A stretch of DNA of 57,632 nt. Source: a virus. Taxonomy: Duplodnaviria; Caudoviricetes. Positions 1-5,893 of the stretch are shown in pieces. Every line of letters starts with the position of its first letter. Within the stretch, counting starts at the first letter, position 1. The notes below the pieces were generated by a model. It worked only from the letters and a program-made list of their open reading frames with translations, was not told the origin of the DNA and ran no database searches. Both the position numbers and the translations under genes were made by a program. Location of the stretch: IMG/VR virus record IMGVR_UViG_3300012943_000037, positions 1-57,632 of that record. The stretch is one strand, 5' to 3'.

Positions 1-1
1 C

Positions 2-1660
2 CCTAAGACAGATAATGCATTCCTGAAAGCTTCTATTAAGAAGGCAGCAGAAACTACTGCATTAGGAAATGGTGCACTGAAATATACTACTACTGGAAAC
101 GATTTCGTAGACCAGTTTGGTAAGGCAACAATTTATAAGGCTCCTCGTACCTTTGCTGAAATAAGTAAAGATATGAGCTTGTTATTCTCACAAGATGGCC
201 TGACAGCAACTAAGTTTGCTACTTATTTGAGAATGATTACACGTGTGATCTCTTTCAGTGATGGAAGCAGAACAGAACATACACAACGTGGACAGGGCTT
301 GAAACATGAAGGTATATTCCGTATGATTTGGCTGGCACTAAACCAGCCTAACACATTCTGGAAGAATATCCACCTGTTTGTGGCTGCTGGTTCATGGAAG
401 GATGTTATCACCATGTTACAGTATGATTTAGTGTATAATGGATGGGATGGAAGAAAATTGGATTGGGATAATTTTGGTCAGTTAATTCTGGCTGGATTAG
501 AGAACCCACGTTCTTCTGAATTGTTGAAGAAATATCTGCCACAAATCAAGGCTAACTCAGCATGTACAACTGTTGAGAGTCAGGCTGACAACATGATTGC
601 TAAGTGGATATGTTCCCTTATCTTTGGATCAAAAGGTAATACTAATGATTCATCTAAGTATAAGGCATACAGAAAACTGAAGAGTGCAGGTACTGCCCAT
701 AAATGGCAACAGTTGATTAGCCAGAACAAGATGTTATCCATTGATTTCAACTCGATTCATGGTAGAGCATTGGCTAATTTAGTGAGTGGTAAATTCCTGA
801 AAAATGCAGGATTGGAGGCTTCATACCAGAAATGGATTGAAAGTAAACCAGTTGCAAAGTATACAGGTTACCCATATGAACTGATTGGGCCACTTAAGAC
901 AAGAACAGGAATGTCAATTAACCTGACTAAGTATCAGGAAGATACATTGAACAAACAGTTCATGACACTGGTAGAAGTTGCCAGAAATGGTATGGATGAA
1001 GGTGATACTGGACTGTTACCAGTTATTGATACATCTGCATCAATGACATCCTCAGTTCCTGGGACTAAGTGTAGTGCATTTTCTGTAGCTACATCTATGG
1101 CACTGTACTTCTCATACCTGTTAAAGGGTACATTTGAAGATCATTATGCTGAGTTCTCTAACTCATGTATTATGAGACAGTGGAAAGGTAAAGAACCAGT
1201 AGACAGAATCAGAAATCAGGATTCTTCTATCACAGCATCAACAAACTTCCAAGCAATTGGTGATTTATTTGTTGAGATGTTAAGAAAAGGAGTTCCTGAG
1301 AGTGAATTCCCAACTGGTATAATCTGTATCTCAGATGGTTGTTTCAATTCTACAGGTAGCAACAAGACAAACTACCAGACCTTGAAAACGAAACTAAGAT
1401 CAGGTGGTTTTTCACAGGAATATGTGGATAACTTCAAATGTATATTGTGGGATGTACCTAACTCCTACTATGCAAAGAAAGGAAATCAGGCATTTGAATC
1501 ATTTGCAGACCAGCCAAACCTATTCCATATAGGTGGTTTAGACCCTGCATCAATAGCCTTCATTACTGGTATCAAAGGTAGTGAAAGAATACCTCAAACA
1601 TCTGAAGAGTTGTTTGAAGCAGCTATGGAACAGGAAGTTTTGGAAATGATCCAACTTTAA
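2..1660 (+). CDS. DUF2828-family protein with C-terminal vWA domain (Ro60/TROVE-like RNA-binding protein); 5' end lies outside the window
   Basis: The frame is open from position 2 (PKTDNAF...TALGNGALKYTTTGNDFVDQF...) into ORF 173..1660. The NGA-x-Y-TTG-xx-VD-F start, GSWKD, AKW, vWA MIDAS DTSAS, STNF, ISDG-x-F and ILWDV motifs match DUF2828-type proteins. Confidence 0.8.
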   Translation, partial: PKTDNAFLKASIKKAAETTALGNGALKYTTTGNDFVDQFGKATIYKAPRTFAEISKDMSLLFSQDGLTATKFATYLRMITRVISFSDGSRTEHTQRGQGLKHEGIFRMIWLALNQPNTFWKNIHLFVAAGSWKDVITMLQYDLVYNGWDGRKLDWDNFGQLILAGLENPRSSELLKKYLPQIKANSACTTVESQADNMIAKWICSLIFGSKGNTNDSSKYKAYRKLKSAGTAHKWQQLISQNKMLSIDFNSIHGRALANLVSGKFLKNAGLEASYQKWIESKPVAKYTGYPYELIGPLKTRTGMSINLTKYQEDTLNKQFMTLVEVARNGMDEGDTGLLPVIDTSASMTSSVPGTKCSAFSVATSMALYFSYLLKGTFEDHYAEFSNSCIMRQWKGKEPVDRIRNQDSSITASTNFQAIGDLFVEMLRKGVPESEFPTGIICISDGCFNSTGSNKTNYQTLKTKLRSGGFSQEYVDNFKCILWDVPNSYYAKKGNQAFESFADQPNLFHIGGLDPASIAFITGIKGSERIPQTSEELFEAAMEQEVLEMIQL

Positions 1661-1673
1661 TAACAAAAATAAA

Positions 1674-1703
1674 GGATTGGCATAGTTTATGCTATGTCAA
1701 TCC
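1674..1703 (+). other. 12-bp hairpin between the DUF2828 gene and the RNA array (possible processing or stabilising element)
   Basis: GGATTGGCATAG-TTTATG-CTATGTCAATCC; no U-tract follows. Confidence 0.5.
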
Positions 1704-1708
1704 CACAC

Positions 1709-1778
1709 ACGGGAGTAGCTCAAGTGTATAGAGCACCAGAAATGGGGGTTGGTGGTTTGAATCCATCCTCCCGTGCCA
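1709..1778 (+). ncRNA. tRNA-like RNA whose anticodon arm is replaced by a 3-bp GAAA-tetraloop hairpin; encoded CCA end
   Basis: Acceptor ACGGGAG/CTCCCGT, D stem GCTC/GAGC, CCA-GAAA-TGG, T arm GGTGG-TTTGAAT-CCATC, then G-CCA. Confidence 0.8.
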
Positions 1779-1780
1779 CA

Positions 1781-1849
1781 AGATGATGTGCAGCAAACTT
1801 TTATCTATAATTCAGAATTTTACTTTGAAAACAGAAAACAACATCATCT
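1781..1849 (+). ncRNA. Array unit 1 (possible Gln-TTG anticodon-loop-like cargo)
   Basis: AGATGATGT...ACATCATCT stem, GCAGCAAAC; inner CTTTGAA at 1823-1829 has only a weak stem. Confidence 0.7.
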
Positions 1850-1853
1850 GATA

Positions 1854-1913
1854 GGGTTACTAACAGCAAATTCAACATTCAAATTTGGGTTTTGAAAAAC
1901 AAGATAGTAACCC
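1854..1913 (+). ncRNA. Array unit 2 with Pro(TGG) anticodon stem-loop
   Basis: GGGTTACTA...TAGTAACCC stem, ACAGCAAAT; TTCAAA-TTTGGGT-TTTGAA at 1878-1896. Confidence 0.75.
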
Positions 1914-1917
1914 GATA

Positions 1918-1977
1918 AGGTGACCAACAGCAAATCTAATTTACCTACTGCAAATTGGAAATAAAGGATGGTCACCT
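1918..1977 (+). ncRNA. Array unit 3 with Cys(GCA) anticodon-loop mimic
   Basis: AGGTGACCA...TGGTCACCT stem, ACAGCAAAT; CCTA-CTGCAAA-TTGG at 1944-1958 (imperfect stem). Confidence 0.72.
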
Positions 1978-1981
1978 GATA

Positions 1982-2114
1982 AGATTACCCCACAGTACAG
2001 CAAACTTTTGTATTTAACAATTATTAAACATTGGAGTTTTACAAAAAGTAACAAGGTGTGTGAATGGGAACTTCTCTCGGAAGGGAGTTAATAGGAGTTC
2101 ACACAGGGTAATCT
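1982..2114 (+). ncRNA. Array unit 4 (long unit with internal hairpins, cargo unassigned)
   Basis: AGATTACCC...GGGTAATCT stem, ACAGTACAGCAAAC; internal TTTTGTA/TACAAAA and GTGTGAAT/GTTCACAC pairings. Confidence 0.65.
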
Positions 2115-2185
2115 GATTTATATGTAGGAGGAAGGACATACAAGAGTCGTTAAACGTCTCCCAGAGTCCTTCTGACTACTCCAGA

Positions 2186-2321
2186 AGAATTCGTACAGCA
2201 AATAACTAGCAAATTCTAATCATAATAGAAGGTCACAGGTTCGATTCCTGTTCTCCCAACCAGTCTTACTGTCTGGGAGATAGTGTAGTGGAAACATCTA
2301 AAACGCAAAAAAACGAATTCT
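2186..2321 (+). ncRNA. Array unit 5 enclosing a circularly permuted tRNA with CAT anticodon (Met or Ile2)
   Basis: AGAATTCGT...ACGAATTCT stem. The 3' part at 2214-2262 (anticodon arm, T arm, TCTCCCA-A-CCA) precedes the 5' part at 2274-2298 (TGGGAGA, D arm). Confidence 0.82.
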
Positions 2322-2325
2322 GATA

Positions 2326-2530
2326 AGTGTACAGACAGCAAATTACAACGCAAATCCTTGTCACGGACGGGACAGAAGTTCGAATCTTCTACCCCCTGCA
2401 AAGGAATATCTAAGTATCCATGCAAATTGTATGTAACCTGAGGAGGCCATACTTGGAGAGTTTAGATATTCCCTACTTTATAGGGGGTTGGTGTAGTGGT
2501 TAGCATACGTAAAGCAAAAAAATGTACACT
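2326..2530 (+). ncRNA. Array unit 6 enclosing a circularly permuted tRNA-Asp(GTC)
   Basis: AGTGTACA...TGTACACT stem. The 3' part at 2355-2398 precedes the 5' part at 2482-2510; acceptor AGGGGGT/ACCCCCT, discriminator G. Confidence 0.82.
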
Positions 2531-2534
2531 GATA

Positions 2535-2716
2535 GGAAGAGATACAGCAAACAATTATTTAATTGTTCGAATCAATTCTTCCCCACACTTGCAAGTGGGA
2601 GATGATCTATGAAGGAGGGAGGTTGCTAAAACCTTAATACAATCCCCCGGAGGTTATCCAAACCCTGCAAATAAACAAATGGGGAAGCAATAGGGTGGTG
2701 GACACCCTGCTCTTCC
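2535..2716 (+). ncRNA. Array unit 7 with permuted, degenerate tRNA-like content (T arm first)
   Basis: GGAAGAG...CTCTTCC stem, ACAGCAAAC; T arm AATTG-TTCGAAT-CAATT, later hairpin AGGT-TGCTAAA-ACCT. Confidence 0.65.
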
Positions 2717-2720
2717 GTTA

Positions 2721-2783
2721 AGATGTGTAACAGCAAACATTCCCAATGACTCATAATCATTACCACACGGAAAATGCACATCT
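2721..2783 (+). ncRNA. Array unit 8 with CAT anticodon stem-loop
   Basis: AGATGTGTA...TGCACATCT stem, ACAGCAAAC; perfect AATGA-CTCATAA-TCATT at 2745-2761. Confidence 0.8.
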
Positions 2784-2787
2784 GATA

Positions 2788-2856
2788 GGATGCCAAACAG
2801 CAAACAATCTTTAAAACACAAGTAAGCAAAATTTGACAGTTTAAAAAGAGGCATCC
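2788..2856 (+). ncRNA. Array unit 9 (cargo unassigned)
   Basis: GGATGCC...GGCATCC stem, ACAGCAAAC; inner TCTTT/AAAGA pairing. Confidence 0.7.
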
Positions 2857-2863
2857 GTTTTTA

Positions 2864-2930
2864 AGGGCACACACAGCAAACACTTTAAGCATTCTACTTG
2901 TAATGGAAACACGCTAAAAGCATGTGCCCT
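2864..2930 (+). ncRNA. Array unit 10 with Thr(TGT) anticodon stem-loop
   Basis: AGGGCACA...TGTGCCCT stem, ACAGCAAAC; TTCTA-CTTGTAA-TGGAA at 2892-2908. Confidence 0.78.
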
Positions 2931-2934
2931 GTCA

Positions 2935-3050
2935 AGGTATCTAACAGCAAATAACTAGTCGTGTAGGTAGTTCAGTAGGTAGAACACAGGATGGTAAATC
3001 CTGAGGTCTGGGGTTCGAGCCCTCACCCATACAAAACTAAAATGATACCT
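2935..3050 (+). ncRNA. Array unit 11 enclosing a full, non-permuted tRNA-like cloverleaf (2961-3033) with atypical anticodon loop TGGTAAA
   Basis: AGGTATC...GATACCT stem, ACAGCAAAT; GTGTAGG/CCCATAC acceptor, GTTC/GAAC D stem, CAGGA/TCCTG anticodon stem, TGGGG-TTCGAGC-CCTCA T arm. Confidence 0.78.
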
Positions 3051-3055
3051 GAAGT

Positions 3056-3083
3056 CCTTCCTATATGGTGAAATATAGGAAGG
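3056..3083 (+). other. Hairpin between array units 11 and 12
   Basis: CCTTCCTATA-TGGTGAAA-TATAGGAAGG. Confidence 0.5.
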
Positions 3084-3089
3084 CATTTA

Positions 3090-3185
3090 AGTTGGCATAC
3101 AGCAAATTATTTGGTTTAACACAGAATCTCAAACATTCCACGTGAAGTCCCGGTTCAAATCCGGCAAACCCGAAAGGGGCCAACT
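3090..3185 (+). ncRNA. Array unit 12 with D-armless tRNA-like cargo (Leu CAA loop plus T arm)
   Basis: AGTTGGC...GCCAACT stem, ACAGCAAAT; GAAT-CTCAAAC-ATTC, CCGG-TTCAAAT-CCGG, GGTTT/AAACC. Confidence 0.72.
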
Positions 3186-3208
3186 GTTTTTTATTTAAAA
3201 TCAAGACT

Positions 3209-3472
3209 ATGAACGGAATTACTAATCCTAAAGAGTTAAGAGAAGCTATTGCACTAGCCAAAACTGGTGATAAAGAAGCTTTACATCAAATCCATCTGTA
3301 TAAGTGGTATAATTGGTATCAGAATATACATATAAAGGAGGGAACTCCTGAGGATATTGAGAATACCGAAATCTTTAATGATATTAAGGAAAATGATCCT
3401 GAATTACATAAAGAGATTGAAAAGATGATAGATGGTCAAATTTACAAACTTGTATCCACTGAATATTTGTAA
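3209..3472 (+). CDS. Small hypothetical protein embedded between array units 12 and 13
   Basis: 87-aa ATG ORF with composition typical of the genome. Confidence 0.65.
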   Translation: MNGITNPKELREAIALAKTGDKEALHQIHLYKWYNWYQNIHIKEGTPEDIENTEIFNDIKENDPELHKEIEKMIDGQIYKLVSTEYL

Positions 3473-3610
3473 GATTATCCACAGCATATCTATTTATAAT
3501 AAGAGCAACAAAGTTCAGCCACATTAATACCTTGTGGATGGAGCATGTACCCTTCTAAAAACACCAGTTTACTGGGACAGAAGAACGTGCAAAAGTTGGT
3601 ATGATAATCT
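3472..3610 (+). ncRNA. Array unit 13 (variant motif ACAGCATA)
   Basis: AGATTATC...GATAATCT stem followed by GA; CACAGCATAT just inside the 5' strand. Confidence 0.6.
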
Positions 3611-3636
3611 GAGTTTAGTGAATAAAAGTTTTGTTT

Positions 3637-3670
3637 TAGCCCTGATGTTTCCACATCGGGGTTATTTTTT
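3637..3670 (+). terminator. Intrinsic terminator closing the DUF2828/RNA-array transcript
   Basis: TAGCCCTGATGT-TTCC-ACATCGGGGTTA followed by a T run. Confidence 0.75.
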
Positions 3671-3687
3671 ACCTAAAATCTAATAAT

Positions 3688-3894
3688 ATGAAAACAATAC
3701 CAATATATAGTTCGAAGAACGGCAAGAAAACCATTCACAATGAAGAAGCCTATAAAAGTTTTTGTGAAAAGATTGACAATCTTGAAAAGTACAATATCAC
3801 AAAGGAAGTAATGGAAGATGAAGGTGAAAATAAAGGTAAAATAACAGTCCGTTTGACATTTGAAGAAAAACAACCTGAAAATCTTATTGTATGA
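3688..3894 (+). CDS. hypothetical protein
   Basis: 68-aa ATG ORF after the terminator. Confidence 0.6.
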   Translation: MKTIPIYSSKNGKKTIHNEEAYKSFCEKIDNLEKYNITKEVMEDEGENKGKITVRLTFEEKQPENLIV

Positions 3895-4020
3895 CAAACA
3901 ACGAATTATACACAGTTGCATTAATATCCCTAATACTAAATATTGTTGCACTATTCTGCTTATTCTCACCGAACATCTGTTACCTTTTACATAAAAAGTT
4001 TTTTAAATGGAGGGATAATT

Positions 4021-4677
4021 ATGATAAAACAGTATCCAATAATAAGGATTAAAGACCATTTATATATGGTTGATAAAGAGGCTGATATACCTGAAAAATA
4101 TCCTCAAATAGTTGTTGAGAAACTTACCACCGGAAATTACGACCTGTGGCAGATTGATACTCCTAATGATATTGATAAGAAGAATCAGTATGTTATAATA
4201 GCAACTACTGATGAAAAACTTGGTTTACCTCTATTACCTGCTATTGAGGAGAATATAACAAGAGAAGAAGCTAAAGAAGTTGCCAAAACTGTATTAAATC
4301 CTAGATTTTATGAAAGTATTCAAGGAGGAGAAATGCATTGTTTTCACGAAGGATATAATGCAGGTTACAAAGCAGCTTCTGCAAAGAAGTATACAGAGGA
4401 GGATATGAGGAAAGCCATAAAAGAGGCATTCAGAGGAGGGTTTGACTTAAGTGAATCTGAAGGAAATAGTTGGGATTATGGTAAGGTAAGGGATAATATC
4501 CTTAAATCAATGAATAGTACTCCAATAGCAGTAGAAGTTGAGATGGATTTTGTTCATTTCAGTAATGCAAGTTCCTCTGCTGAATTAATTTCTTTGGAAG
4601 GATTAAATGAATATACAAATATCTTCCCTAAAGCAGTAAACAATTTTGTAACAGTTAAAAAGTGGATATATGAGTAA
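4021..4677 (+). CDS. hypothetical phage protein
   Basis: In-frame ATG at 4021 within ORF 3943..4677; YTEEDMRKA segment. Confidence 0.65.
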   Translation: MIKQYPIIRIKDHLYMVDKEADIPEKYPQIVVEKLTTGNYDLWQIDTPNDIDKKNQYVIIATTDEKLGLPLLPAIEENITREEAKEVAKTVLNPRFYESIQGGEMHCFHEGYNAGYKAASAKKYTEEDMRKAIKEAFRGGFDLSESEGNSWDYGKVRDNILKSMNSTPIAVEVEMDFVHFSNASSSAELISLEGLNEYTNIFPKAVNNFVTVKKWIYE

Positions 4678-5278
4678 AGAAAATTGTCCTTACTGTGGTG
4701 AAAGGTGTTTTGAAGGAGAAGGGTGTGACGAATGGCAAGCTGGTGGCTTTCAAGACAAACCATACTTTGCAAAATACCTTCCTGTAGAAGGAGAGATAAA
4801 AATTGGAGATAGAGTTGAAAGTGAGTCATCTGGTAAGCAAAAAGTACTTGTAACAGGAATCACGAAGAGAGGTGATTATATTACAGATGAACCTGACTTT
4901 TATGAACCTGATTCTTATTTTGTATTACCCAAAAAGAAAGCTAAAAAGTTTTCAAAACAACTATTTCTATGTAGTAGAGATATACAGGTGGGAGATACCG
5001 TTAAGATGAAGTTCTCAGATGGATTAAAAGATTGGGAATGTTCTAATGTTGGCAGATTAGAAGCAGCTAAACATAATGGTTCATTCAAAGTAATAGGTGG
5101 AATATCATCGGAAGCTAAATGGGTTAAGGAAGGAGATGAGTTTGATGAGGATGAGATTGCATTTGCAATTCATGCACCGTGGGAAGAATGGGAACAGGTA
5201 TCTTACGAAGCATGGTTATTAGAGTATACCTTTTATAAGAACATAAAGGTAAAAGGTCATTGTGGTCACTTTCATTAA
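4670..5278 (+). CDS. hypothetical protein with N-terminal Zn-ribbon
   Basis: CPYCGERC...C at the N-terminus; overlaps the upstream stop. Confidence 0.65.
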   Translation: MSKENCPYCGERCFEGEGCDEWQAGGFQDKPYFAKYLPVEGEIKIGDRVESESSGKQKVLVTGITKRGDYITDEPDFYEPDSYFVLPKKKAKKFSKQLFLCSRDIQVGDTVKMKFSDGLKDWECSNVGRLEAAKHNGSFKVIGGISSEAKWVKEGDEFDEDEIAFAIHAPWEEWEQVSYEAWLLEYTFYKNIKVKGHCGHFH

Positions 5279-5287
5279 AAATATTTT

Positions 5288-5680
5288 ATGACAGGAATAG
5301 TAATAGGACGCTTCCAAGTCCCTTATCTACATGCTGGACATGTACATTTAATTACCTCAGCACTACGTCAGTGTAATAAGGTAGTTATATTCCTTGCCTG
5401 TAAATTGGAAGATGATGGCAAGAACCCATATACTATAGCTCATAGGAAACAAATTATAAAAGCTTTCTTTCCTCATGTAGAAGTAGTAACTTTGTGGGAT
5501 AGACAAAGTAATGAAGAATGGTCACAAATCGTTGATTTAGAGGCCGGTACATTTGAAAATCCTGTACTTTTTCATAGTAGGGATTCATTTGCTGTACATT
5601 ACAAAGGTAAACTGTCCCTCATAAAGGTTGGTGAGATTGAGGGTTATAGTGGTACAAAACTTCGTGCAGAAACAAAATAA
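5288..5680 (+). CDS. Cytidyltransferase-like / NMN adenylyltransferase (NadM-like) protein
   Basis: IGRFQVPYLHAGH (HxGH), KNPY and SGTKLR motifs. Confidence 0.8.
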   Translation: MTGIVIGRFQVPYLHAGHVHLITSALRQCNKVVIFLACKLEDDGKNPYTIAHRKQIIKAFFPHVEVVTLWDRQSNEEWSQIVDLEAGTFENPVLFHSRDSFAVHYKGKLSLIKVGEIEGYSGTKLRAETK

Positions 5681-5686
5681 AATTCT

Positions 5687-5893
5687 ATGAATACATTATT
5701 AATTATCTACTTGGTTTTCACAGGTTTATCATTAATCTGGACATTTGCTCATTGTGATTATTATAATGAGATAGAGACCTTGTGGGATTGGATTTGGTAT
5801 AGTGCACTATGGCCCAAATATGCAATATTATCGTTTTGGAAAATGTTAAAACATGATTTATGGAAAAACCGTTTGAAGTCGGACAAAGAGTAG
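5687..5893 (+). CDS. small membrane protein
   Basis: Hydrophobic N-terminal helix. Confidence 0.55.
   Translation: MNTLLIIYLVFTGLSLIWTFAHCDYYNEIETLWDWIWYSALWPKYAILSFWKMLKHDLWKNRLKSDKE

Larger units (their letters stand above)
1781..3610 (+). repeat. Tandem array of 13 structured RNA units sharing an (A)CAGCAAA motif and terminal stems (Y-RNA-like array)
   Basis: Each unit has a 7-9 bp inverted-repeat boundary of different sequence, CAGCA(A/T)A just after the 5' strand, and mostly GATA/GTTA/GTCA spacers. Confidence 0.85.

Noticed and set aside
2620-2634. Amber-suppressor tRNA in unit 7 (loop TGCTAAA read as CTA)
   Set aside because: It lacks U33 and a convincing D arm, and there is no sign of TAG recoding, so it is kept only as a tRNA-like element
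2826-2845. Val(GAC) or Ser(TGA) anticodon loop in unit 9
   Set aside because: The flanking stem is too weak and the register is ambiguous, so the cargo is left unassigned
1781-3185. CRISPR array interpretation of the repeated ACAGCAAA motif
   Set aside because: The constant part is only about 8 nt, unit lengths vary from 60 to 205 nt, conservation is structural, and no cas genes are present
2216-3261. Minus-strand ORFs 2216-2425, 2626-2892, 2654-2854 and 3061-3261
   Set aside because: They are short, antisense to well-formed structured RNAs, have no recognisable motifs and run against the genome-wide strand bias
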